Shown here: positions 1 through 7,997 of the stretch, piece by piece
Layout: each line of letters begins with the position of its first letter
Numbering within the stretch: the stretch's first letter is position 1
Origin: a virus
Strand: one strand, 5' to 3'
IMG/VR virus record: IMGVR_UViG_3300009376_000001
DNA: 64,000 nt
The notes under the pieces: generated by a model
What the model saw: only the letters and a program-made list of their open reading frames with translations
Told to the model about the DNA's origin: nothing
Databases searched by the model: none
Position numbers and translations under genes: made by a program

Positions 1-147
1 GAACGGTTCTCAACACTACCTAAACGAGTAGTAATACATGAGCGTAATGAACATTTATTGCCGTATCTCTATTCACATGTACCTGATATAGAAGCAGGAC
101 TTGTACTTAGTACTGCAATATGGGAGATGAAATTTCAAAAACCATGA
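1..147 (+). CDS. Hypothetical protein, 5'-truncated by window edge
   Basis: Frame 1 is open from base 1 (ERFSTLPKRVV...WEMKFQKP*); the TGA overlaps the next ATG (ATGA at 144-147). Confidence 0.6.
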   Translation, partial: ERFSTLPKRVVIHERNEHLLPYLYSHVPDIEAGLVLSTAIWEMKFQKP

Positions 148-494
148 AAGTAGAAGTTTATAAAAATTTACATAAAAATTGTTGGTCAGTACGAGATAGT
201 AAAACAGGTAAAGTCATAGACCACGTTAACTATATACATCTAGATGATGCTACATTCGTAGTTAGGCCAGCAGGACGAGCCAAAGTGTTACAAGAGAAGC
301 GAAAAAATGTTCATGCTTTTATAAAAGGTACAGCATCATTTCTATCGGAACACATAAATAAAGTTCCATATGCAACTCAAATTTACTATGACCCGTATAA
401 ATATGAATCATTTGTATATGCTGACTCAGAAGAACCAATTTTTAAATCTAATGCAGTATATTTAAATAATAAAGGTGAAGTTTATGTCTACTGA
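144..494 (+). CDS. Conserved phage hypothetical protein (KNVHAF-motif family)
   Basis: VYKNLH..CWSVR...F.V..AGR.KVL.EKRKNVHAF pattern recalled from many tailed phages; start moved from 120 to the coupled ATG at 144. Confidence 0.7.
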   Translation: MKVEVYKNLHKNCWSVRDSKTGKVIDHVNYIHLDDATFVVRPAGRAKVLQEKRKNVHAFIKGTASFLSEHINKVPYATQIYYDPYKYESFVYADSEEPIFKSNAVYLNNKGEVYVY

Positions 495-669
495 AAGACT
501 ATCTCAGATAGCATTATATTTAGAAGATATTGTGCAATCGATATCAACACTAGCGGAAGCTATGGATGCGATAGCTAAGGAATATTCGCCTACATATAAA
601 GCACAAATAGAAGCTCAAGAACAAGTTAATTTAGAAAAATGCATGACTAGTCAAGACATTTCGGCATAA
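475..669 (+). CDS. Hypothetical protein
   Basis: ORF in tightly packed + strand run. Confidence 0.55.
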   Translation: MKFMSTERLSQIALYLEDIVQSISTLAEAMDAIAKEYSPTYKAQIEAQEQVNLEKCMTSQDISA

Positions 670-679
670 GGAGAATCAA

Positions 680-895
680 ATGAATAAAACAGGAATAGAG
701 TGGGCTGAAGAATTTGGCGTACAGATTCTAGACCCTGATGGATTTGGAGAACGTATCGAAGATAGACCTCATATGAATGACCTTATGGATATCGCCATGT
801 TCAATAAGTGCATGGCACAATCTTCAGTAGAAGTTAAAGATGAAAATAAATGGCGAAATAGATTAGTCATTGGGCGTACTTATCGTGAACGATAA
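680..895 (+). CDS. Hypothetical phage protein
   Basis: AAGGAG RBS upstream; W...FGVQILDPDG motif. Confidence 0.65.
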   Translation: MNKTGIEWAEEFGVQILDPDGFGERIEDRPHMNDLMDIAMFNKCMAQSSVEVKDENKWRNRLVIGRTYRER

Positions 896-1370
896 AAGAC
901 ATAGTCGAGAACGAATCATAGAGTTACGCCGATTACACCCAGAGATGACCCTAGAGTCCATAGGTAATGACGTAGGAGTATCTAAAGAACGAGTACGCCA
1001 AGTCTTAGTACAAGAAAATTTACCTACCGTATCAAAAGGTAGGAGTTCAACAAAGATTAAAAACCCTCTACCTTGTGCAGAATGCGGAACTCTTGATAAG
1101 CAATTTATTACTAAACATTCTCTCTATTGTAGTACGACATGTATCACTAAGGCCCGTGATAAATATTGGATTAGATTTCATAATGAAAATCCAGACCGTC
1201 GTACTACCTATCAATGTGAGTACTGTGGGCTAGAAAAGACAATGCGTACCGGACTGTATCAACGACAAGTTAATACATTTAAAAATATATATTGCAGTCA
1301 TTCTTGTTCCTTAAAAGCACAATGGGATGATAAAGATTCAGCGATACGCAATCAACGACCTACTACTTGA
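870..1370 (+). CDS. Sigma70 region-4-like HTH protein with Cys-rich Zn-binding repeats
   Basis: MTLESIGNDVGVSKERVRQVL HTH; CxxC...YCSxxC repeated twice; paralog of 5042-5494. Confidence 0.75.
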   Translation: MGVLIVNDKRHSRERIIELRRLHPEMTLESIGNDVGVSKERVRQVLVQENLPTVSKGRSSTKIKNPLPCAECGTLDKQFITKHSLYCSTTCITKARDKYWIRFHNENPDRRTTYQCEYCGLEKTMRTGLYQRQVNTFKNIYCSHSCSLKAQWDDKDSAIRNQRPTT

Positions 1371-1395
1371 CTTAACGTAAGATATATGTTATACT
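1367..1395 (+). promoter_or_regulatory. Sigma70-type promoter
   Basis: TTGACT(1367-1372)-N17-TATACT(1390-1395) with extended -10 TG. Confidence 0.8.
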
Positions 1396-1414
1396 AACAA
1401 AGTAAAGTGAACTG

Positions 1415-1708
1415 ATGCATGAATCAATAGCAGACAATCCATATGACGGTATAGTACAAGGCTTAATCTTAGCGTATGAAATGACTTACATTAGGTTAAA
1501 GCATGCAGAAAAACCTGCGGTGGAACATTTTAGTCCTATTTCAAATCGATATGTTCCACCTCCGACTTATGAAACTATCAAAGAAGTAATTAGCATAGTT
1601 AAAACACTTGCTCACAATGTGACTAGAGAAGATTTCATAAGAGCCGAAGTAGAAGCACAACTTACATGTGGATTGGACTCAGATTTCATTCATTGGAAAC
1701 AAAATTAA
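1415..1708 (+). CDS. Hypothetical protein
   Basis: First ORF downstream of promoter. Confidence 0.6.
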   Translation: MHESIADNPYDGIVQGLILAYEMTYIRLKHAEKPAVEHFSPISNRYVPPPTYETIKEVISIVKTLAHNVTREDFIRAEVEAQLTCGLDSDFIHWKQN

Positions 1709-1729
1709 TCAAATACACAGGAGAATCAT

Positions 1730-2116
1730 ATGATAGATACTAGTCTTTGTTTAACGTGCGGAACTGATACTTTATTTTATGGGTATGTAAATCGAATACC
1801 GTCTTTCCGAACTAATATAGAAGGATATATGTGCGGTGGTTGTGCTGAAAGCGGGTATCCTGATTATGAATGTCCAAAGGGAGATGACTGTCCTATATAC
1901 CAGGAAACTGGTGACTGCGAATGTGAAGAACTTAGTGAATTTAGCTTTGAAGCATTCGATGAATTTTGGGAAATTCATGTTCCAGTAATAGATAAATACT
2001 TTCCACAGTCTCCGATATTTAGAGATATGATGGATAACGAAGAGAATTGGACTACTGAAGAATGTACGACAGTACAAAATCTTATAAATAATTATAGAAA
2101 ATCTGAAATAGCGTAA
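1730..2116 (+). CDS. Cys-rich (Zn-binding) acidic hypothetical protein
   Basis: AGGAG RBS; CLTC, CGGC and further Cys clusters. Confidence 0.65.
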   Translation: MIDTSLCLTCGTDTLFYGYVNRIPSFRTNIEGYMCGGCAESGYPDYECPKGDDCPIYQETGDCECEELSEFSFEAFDEFWEIHVPVIDKYFPQSPIFRDMMDNEENWTTEECTTVQNLINNYRKSEIA

Positions 2117-2124
2117 GGAAAATA

Positions 2125-3396
2125 ATGACTAAAACATTTTGTGAACTATTTGCTGGCGTAGGTGGCTTCCGTCTAGGACTAGAAGCAACAGGCTGGGAAG
2201 CCGTATATTCTAATCAATATGAACCATCTACTCAAACTCAACACGCATCTAACATATATACATATAATTTTGGAGAAAAAGGACATTCGAACATAGATAT
2301 TGCCAAAGTAGATACTAATGATATACCAGACCATACGCTATTAGTAGGAGGATTCCCTTGCCAAGATTATAGCGTTGCCAAGCCTCTAGTATATTCCAAC
2401 GGTATTCAAGGTAAAAAAGGTGTACTCTGGTGGGAAATAGTTAGACTTATAGAAGAAAAACGTCCACCCTTCATACTATTAGAAAATGTTAACCGTTTAT
2501 TGGTATCTCCAGCTAATGCACGTGGACGAGATTTTGCAGTGATACTGTCCTGCTTAGAATGGTTTGGTTATATAGTTGAATGGCGAGTAATTAATGCTGC
2601 TGACTATGGATACCCACAACGCCGTAAGCGCATATTCATCATGGCTTATCAGCCGTTTAAGGATGCTTCAGTAGTTAATATCGATACCATAACAGATGGA
2701 ATCCTAGGACAAGCCTTTCCGTGTAATGTAATTGCTGATACGCCTTCATACTATATTGGGACTGAGAAAATCGGCGGTGAAGGTCTGGAAAAAGACTTTG
2801 CTACGTATATCCATTCAGTATCGGAAGCATGGGATAAGATGGCTCATAGAATCTCACCCTTCAAAGATGCAGGAGTTTTCTATAGCGGTGTGATGTATAC
2901 GGCTAAAACCGAACCTGTTTATGGGGGACTAAAGCAAACCTTAGGTGATGTTCTTATAGATGAAAAGGATGTTCCAGAAGAATTCTTCTTGAATGACCTA
3001 GCTAAATGGGAATATCTAAAAGGTGCAAAAAACGAACCACGTACTAGTAAATATACTGGACATCAGTATACGTATCAGGAAGGGGCGATAGCATTTCCTG
3101 ACTCACCTGATAAGCCATCTAGGACTATAATTACAGGAGAGGGCGGTGGTTCTCCTTCTCGTAATAAGCATGTTGTACAAACGCCATCAGGACGGTATCG
3201 TAGATTAACTCCTGTAGAATTAGAACGTCTAAATGGATTTCCTGATGAATGGACAAATATAGATAATATGTCAAATAATAAACGTGCTTTCGTTATGGGT
3301 AATGCATTAGTAGTAGGACTTATCGCTCATATAGGAAAGGTAATAGATAGGGTTATAGATGAATTAGAAACTAAAAAGGTAGCAATACATGCGTAA
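2125..3396 (+). CDS. C5-cytosine DNA methyltransferase, M.Sau3AI-like (probable GATC specificity)
   Basis: ELFAGVGG (motif I), GGFPCQDYS (IV), ENV (VI), QRRKR (VIII), GNA (X); NQYEPS..QHA, GIQGKKGVLWW and SP...RGRDFAV segments match the Sau3AI methylase subfamily as recalled. Confidence 0.92.
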   Translation: MTKTFCELFAGVGGFRLGLEATGWEAVYSNQYEPSTQTQHASNIYTYNFGEKGHSNIDIAKVDTNDIPDHTLLVGGFPCQDYSVAKPLVYSNGIQGKKGVLWWEIVRLIEEKRPPFILLENVNRLLVSPANARGRDFAVILSCLEWFGYIVEWRVINAADYGYPQRRKRIFIMAYQPFKDASVVNIDTITDGILGQAFPCNVIADTPSYYIGTEKIGGEGLEKDFATYIHSVSEAWDKMAHRISPFKDAGVFYSGVMYTAKTEPVYGGLKQTLGDVLIDEKDVPEEFFLNDLAKWEYLKGAKNEPRTSKYTGHQYTYQEGAIAFPDSPDKPSRTIITGEGGGSPSRNKHVVQTPSGRYRRLTPVELERLNGFPDEWTNIDNMSNNKRAFVMGNALVVGLIAHIGKVIDRVIDELETKKVAIHA

Positions 3397-3595
3397 AATA
3401 CTCAATCCTGTCTTTGACGAGATTCAAATACGAGCCATATGTCCATATCCACATGAAAACGAAATATGCTTAGAATGTGATGGTACAGAGTATATTAATC
3501 GTTGGGTTAGTATTCATGATTTATTGCATCAAGTAACACTGGATAACATGCCTGTAAATTTACAATGGCATCCACCACTTATCAATGAACAATAG
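3389..3595 (+). CDS. Small Zn-finger protein
   Basis: CLECDG..YI.RWVS; similar to 4545-4760. Confidence 0.55.
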   Translation: MRKILNPVFDEIQIRAICPYPHENEICLECDGTEYINRWVSIHDLLHQVTLDNMPVNLQWHPPLINEQ

Positions 3596-3603
3596 GTAAT
3601 AAT

Positions 3604-4017
3604 ATGCAGTATTTTCTTAATGAAAAGGGCATAGACCCTCCAAGAATGCGAGTTCTTATCTGCGGAGATAGGAATTATAAGGATTGGATGAAAGTGCGGG
3701 AATATCTAGATACGATTTCTCGTACTACCATTATCATTCATGGCGGAGCAAAAGGGGCTGATAGTATAGCTGGAAATTTAGGTAAATATTTAAATATGAA
3801 AGTTATAAAATATTCAGCAGATTGGGATAAGTATGGAAACGCAGCAGGAATATTACGTAATCAACAAATGCTTGATGAAGAACATCCAGACCTTATAGTG
3901 TATTTTCATAAAGATTTGGAAAATAGTAAAGGCACTAAAGATATGGTAACACGTGCTATTAATAATAAAATTGAAGTAATTAATGGAGAAACAGGAGAAC
4001 CTTATGGCACTATATAA
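3604..4017 (+). CDS. SLOG-superfamily (DUF2493/YspA-like) protein
   Basis: RVLICGDRNY...IIHGGAKGADSIA...ADWDKYG.AAG.LRNQQM...SKGTKDM. Confidence 0.85.
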   Translation: MQYFLNEKGIDPPRMRVLICGDRNYKDWMKVREYLDTISRTTIIIHGGAKGADSIAGNLGKYLNMKVIKYSADWDKYGNAAGILRNQQMLDEEHPDLIVYFHKDLENSKGTKDMVTRAINNKIEVINGETGEPYGTI

Positions 4018-4249
4018 GATTAATGGACATTACATTACATACGTTGAAGGGTACGTTGAAGCTGAATCGGTTGGCGAAGCCCGAAACAAGGCTAAACATG
4101 GTAGGCAATGGAAAACATCTCCTAGCGAACTACCGATTCATGAATTGGCAGTAGACTATGCATTACAGGTAAATGAGATTCGTAGTTCTACACTGTTAAA
4201 GACTAAGGTACATCCCTCCTTTAGCAAAGGAAGTAATGGACACACATGA
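3983..4249 (+). CDS. Hypothetical protein (true start probably ATG ~4004)
   Basis: AGGAG upstream of MALYKING; VEAES..EA motif. Confidence 0.55.
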   Translation: MEKQENLMALYKINGHYITYVEGYVEAESVGEARNKAKHGRQWKTSPSELPIHELAVDYALQVNEIRSSTLLKTKVHPSFSKGSNGHT

Positions 4250-4517
4250 ATTAGATGACATGCCTTCTGACATCTATTTCTGGATTAATGATGAAATAGA
4301 TGGCGGATATCTAGACCCATTTATTCAGTATTATCGAAATAAAGCTAAAGCCCGAAGTGTGGAAGAGCATCAAGAAATTTTCAAGAATAAAGAAGATTTT
4401 ATTAATGGCTTTACACTAGCAATTGCTTATTTACACCATGAAAGATTCACATTAGAAGAACTACGATGGGTACGTATTGCGATGTCGGTAGCGTTAGCTA
4501 GGGCATTGACTTCATAA
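4236..4517 (+). CDS. Hypothetical protein
   Basis: AAGGA RBS, operon packing. Confidence 0.6.
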   Translation: MDTHELDDMPSDIYFWINDEIDGGYLDPFIQYYRNKAKARSVEEHQEIFKNKEDFINGFTLAIAYLHHERFTLEELRWVRIAMSVALARALTS

Positions 4518-4534
4518 TTTACTCATGGTATACT
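4506..4534 (+). promoter_or_regulatory. Sigma70-type promoter
   Basis: TTGACT-N17-TATACT with TG extension. Confidence 0.8.
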
Positions 4535-4544
4535 AGGAGCATAT

Positions 4545-4760
4545 ATGGATGTATTAATACGAGACAGATGTTGGGATTGTTTTGGATTAGAAATAAGTTG
4601 CTCCATTTGTAATGATACAGGCATGATTGAAAAATGGATTTCCTTAATGGAATTAGTCAATGAACTTGAAAAAGCTAATCCGCCCGAATTAACGATAGAT
4701 GAAACTATCCCATTTATGACTATGAATGATTTAGACGATACACCAAATGTAAATATTTAG
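4545..4760 (+). CDS. Small Zn-finger protein
   Basis: CWDC, CSICNDTG..KWIS; AGGAG RBS. Confidence 0.6.
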   Translation: MDVLIRDRCWDCFGLEISCSICNDTGMIEKWISLMELVNELEKANPPELTIDETIPFMTMNDLDDTPNVNI

Positions 4761-4769
4761 GAGAAACTA

Positions 4770-5042
4770 ATGGCAATACAAGTTTATAAAGTAAATCTCA
4801 CAGGATATGTGATACGCAATACGGATATTATGGATGACCCTAATAATATTGATTTCGATACGGTCATCGCAATGACGTTAGATAATCAACATGAATGCAC
4901 AATAGATTTAATTGATTCTACAGGTGATATGGGCTGTGATTGCACCGAATGTACCTGTGGAGCAAAGACTCAATCTACTCCTCTTATGGTCAATCTAGGA
5001 GAGCCTGGAGAATCTGCCAATACAACAGTTGAGGCTTTTTAA
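4770..5042 (+). CDS. Hypothetical protein with CxCxxCxC motif
   Basis: AGGAG RBS; GCDCTECTCG. Confidence 0.6.
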   Translation: MAIQVYKVNLTGYVIRNTDIMDDPNNIDFDTVIAMTLDNQHECTIDLIDSTGDMGCDCTECTCGAKTQSTPLMVNLGEPGESANTTVEAF

Positions 5043-5494
5043 TGAGTTACACGAATGATTGGGTAATAACTCATAAAAATTGGACACCTACTCGTTCTCA
5101 GATTACAGAACTTAGAAAGAATAATCCTAATATGACTCTACAAGAGATAGGAGAGACAGTAGGCGTATCTAGAGAACGTGTCAGACAAATATTACATAGC
5201 GAACAATTAGAAACACGTTCCGTAGATAGAATTCCAGTTCCTATGCCATTATGCAAAACCTGTAATAATCCTGTTCCTTTACGAAAACGTATATACTGTA
5301 GTGCAGAATGTCAACGACCTGAGGGCAAAACTACCCTTAATTGTCATTATTGTAATAAAGAAATAACAGTTATGTCCTCTATTTATAGAGCTAGAACTAA
5401 AAGAGCCACTAATGTACACTGTAGTAGAGTCTGTCGAGATGCTACTAGGCGAGGAAAACCTAGAATAAGGTATAATTTAGAGCATAATGACTGA
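5042..5494 (+). CDS. Sigma70 region-4-like HTH protein with Cys-rich Zn-binding repeats
   Basis: MTLQEIGETVGVSRERVRQIL; CxxC..YCSxxC repeats; paralog of 870-1370. Confidence 0.75.
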   Translation: MSYTNDWVITHKNWTPTRSQITELRKNNPNMTLQEIGETVGVSRERVRQILHSEQLETRSVDRIPVPMPLCKTCNNPVPLRKRIYCSAECQRPEGKTTLNCHYCNKEITVMSSIYRARTKRATNVHCSRVCRDATRRGKPRIRYNLEHND

Positions 5495-5945
5495 AGAACA
5501 ATTAATTAAAGGCATGGAAGTCGCTGCAAAACGTGGTGCTCAGTACAATATTGAAGTTTTATCCGATGAATTAATTCCTACATTAATGGTATTAACTGAA
5601 AATAATAGAGTAGAAGTAGCCCATATAGAGGCTCCTAAAGATGAATTAGCCAGTGCAATTAAAGGCTGGCTAATTAAGAGACAAGCTAAAGCGTATCTAT
5701 TAATACTAGAAGCTTGGTCTACTACGTTTGTAGACAAAGCCGTAGATGTGTACGAGGGGCGTGTAGCGAATATGCCTCTTGATGATAGATTTGAAGTAAC
5801 CAACCTTATTATGGTTAAAAAGAATCAAGGTATTACCAAATATTTATCTGCCAGAATAGATACAAAAACGGACGGTAGTCGCAAACTTAGGAGTTGGGAA
5901 AAGGGAAATGTACAAGAAACAAGGATTTGTGTAACTGAGTGGTGA
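5487..5945 (+). CDS. Hypothetical protein
   Basis: ORF overlapping neighbours; YLLILEAW motif. Confidence 0.6.
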   Translation: MTEEQLIKGMEVAAKRGAQYNIEVLSDELIPTLMVLTENNRVEVAHIEAPKDELASAIKGWLIKRQAKAYLLILEAWSTTFVDKAVDVYEGRVANMPLDDRFEVTNLIMVKKNQGITKYLSARIDTKTDGSRKLRSWEKGNVQETRICVTEW

Positions 5946-6223
5946 TTCATATGCCCACTGGCGAAGATTATCGATTTTTATATGTTATGTTATATAACAT
6001 GGGAAGGGGGTATCACGTAGGAAAGGAAAATGAAACACGGACTATGCAACAGCTATTACTTGAAGAAGAATATGAAATCATTTATGAACCTACAAGTGAC
6101 AGAGATATTGTTGTAGGAAAGAAAGACGACCAGCTTATAGGCATAGCTGACCTTTGGGGGCCGTGGGCTATTAATCTCAGTGAGAGAGTAGACCGTCCTT
6201 CTTTTCCAGATATTAGCAGTTAG
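5939..6223 (+). CDS. Hypothetical protein
   Basis: Packed ORF; C-terminal GPWA. Confidence 0.55.
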   Translation: MVIHMPTGEDYRFLYVMLYNMGRGYHVGKENETRTMQQLLLEEEYEIIYEPTSDRDIVVGKKDDQLIGIADLWGPWAINLSERVDRPSFPDISS

Positions 6224-6234
6224 AAGGTATCAAA

Positions 6235-6417
6235 ATGTTTAAATGGCTAATTAATTTGTTAGCAGATAAAAAACAAGAAACTACTACACCTCGCATAATT
6301 CCTAATGAGTCAGTCCGTCCGAAGGAGACTCCTAGCACCTCTACACGAACTACTAGAGTAACTAAAGGAATAGTGGAAGTTTCTAGAAAAACTAAACGAA
6401 CTATTCGTAATCCTTAA
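6235..6417 (+). CDS. Small basic hypothetical protein
   Basis: AAGG RBS; amphipathic N-terminus. Confidence 0.5.
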   Translation: MFKWLINLLADKKQETTTPRIIPNESVRPKETPSTSTRTTRVTKGIVEVSRKTKRTIRNP

Positions 6418-6433
6418 ACATATGTAGAGTGTA

Positions 6434-6631
6434 ATGGCTAAATGTGATATCCCTACATGCTCAAACGAAGCAGTAGATACAATTAAAGAATTAGCTATTT
6501 CAGTATGTGATTGGCATTCATATGCTCACCATAACGAAATAGGTTGGTTGGGAAAACTCGATGAAGATGACGTTAAAAATACTATTCCAAAAATAAAAGA
6601 TGAAGGCGATGTGCTACGTAACAATGAATGA
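6434..6631 (+). CDS. Small Zn-binding hypothetical protein
   Basis: CDIPTC...CDWH. Confidence 0.55.
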   Translation: MAKCDIPTCSNEAVDTIKELAISVCDWHSYAHHNEIGWLGKLDEDDVKNTIPKIKDEGDVLRNNE

Positions 6632-6968
6632 AGAAACTCACTTAGATAACAATGGAATAAATATTTGGAAATTACCTGATTATCTACAGAATTGCCCTAA
6701 ATGTCATGGTAGTGGTGAAGTTAATACCGAATTACTTCCTTATGAAGATGAGTACCGAGAGAATGCAGGTACATGGGAAGATAGTACTCCCAAATGTCTA
6801 TACTGTAATGGTGCCGGATATGTAGAACGAGAACTCGATACTCAATGGGAAGCTTTAGGCATTACTCCTCAACAAGCTATCGAGGATTGGGATACAGCCC
6901 TAAAAGAAAACTTTGGTGAAGATGTCCTTAAACAAGTACAGGAGATAAGGAAACAACAAGGGTCTTGA
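6600..6968 (+). CDS. DnaJ-type CxxCxGxG Zn-finger protein
   Basis: CPKCHGSG and CLYCNGAG. Confidence 0.65.
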   Translation: MKAMCYVTMNEETHLDNNGINIWKLPDYLQNCPKCHGSGEVNTELLPYEDEYRENAGTWEDSTPKCLYCNGAGYVERELDTQWEALGITPQQAIEDWDTALKENFGEDVLKQVQEIRKQQGS

Positions 6969-6993
6969 CTTCAATAGATTTATATGGTATAAT
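6965..6993 (+). promoter_or_regulatory. Sigma70-type promoter
   Basis: TTGACT-N17-TATAAT with TG extension. Confidence 0.85.
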
Positions 6994-7022
6994 ATTACAA
7001 AAGGTTAAGGAAGAGGTATAAA

Positions 7023-7787
7023 ATGCCCAAAGGAACTCTATCATGGAAAGGTTTTCCCTCTAATGGATTAATAGTTGTTGAGGGACAACGAGGACAAGGT
7101 AAAACTTCTCTAGCTTGGTACATAGCAGAACTTAAACGTGCCGATAAACGTGGGAAACGAGTAATCGCATTTGGTATGCCAGACGTAGCACGAAAAGCAC
7201 TACCGAAATGGATTTCCCATATGAATACGTTGGAAGAAGTCTCAATGGCTAAGCCCTCAATTATAGTAATTGATGAGGCTGCTTTCACTGCTAACTCTAG
7301 ACGAGCAATGCAAGAAACTAATATAGAGTGGCTTAAATTAATTGCTATCTGCCGACACAAAGACCATCTGCTAATCTTTGTTAGCCAGCATAACCGTCAA
7401 CTAGACGTTCAAATACTTGCAGACGCTGACTTGGTAATCATGAAGAAGCCTTCTCTGCTTCATCTACGATTTACTAGACCTGAATTTAAACCAGAACTAG
7501 AAACAGCATATGAAGAATTCCAAGCAATAAAGGGCGATACACGAAAATGGGCTTATGTAGTGGACTATCATAATGGCAATGCCAAAATGCTACGATGTCA
7601 ACTACCCAAATTCTGGTCTGACCGTATCTCTAAAGCCTACGCTGAGATGTCTATAGGCATAGTAGATACAAAATCAATGAACTTGGAACTTCCTAATGGC
7701 ATAGAAGAAAAAGTTTCCGCATATGCTAATCAAACTGAAGCTCCGAAACGAGGCCGTGGTAGGCCACGCAAACAGTCAGCACAATAA
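7023..7787 (+). CDS. P-loop ATPase with C-terminal AT-hook
   Basis: Walker A GQRGQGKT, Walker B IVIDEA, sensor-like RH...VSQ; C-terminal KRGRGRPRK. Confidence 0.8.
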   Translation: MPKGTLSWKGFPSNGLIVVEGQRGQGKTSLAWYIAELKRADKRGKRVIAFGMPDVARKALPKWISHMNTLEEVSMAKPSIIVIDEAAFTANSRRAMQETNIEWLKLIAICRHKDHLLIFVSQHNRQLDVQILADADLVIMKKPSLLHLRFTRPEFKPELETAYEEFQAIKGDTRKWAYVVDYHNGNAKMLRCQLPKFWSDRISKAYAEMSIGIVDTKSMNLELPNGIEEKVSAYANQTEAPKRGRGRPRKQSAQ

Positions 7788-7807
7788 AAAGATACCTATA
7801 TGACAAT

Positions 7808-7848
7808 AAAGCCTCGTATTTGGCTTCTCAGAGCCAGTATGAGGCTTT
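7808..7848 (+). terminator. Imperfect stem-loop after ATPase (possible terminator)
   Basis: AAAGCCTC...TGGCT-loop-AGCCA...GAGGCTTT followed by a short T tract. Confidence 0.45.
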
Positions 7849-7997
7849 TAATCATGTGACCTGATAGTAACCTGTGACCTGAATGAACCATTGCATCGCT
7901 TAGTATCAATGAAATAGAGTGAATCATGTTTGCGTAGAGTACCTCTTTAAAGGAATAAATCAATATACTAGATAATTACATATACCCTGAATGAGCC

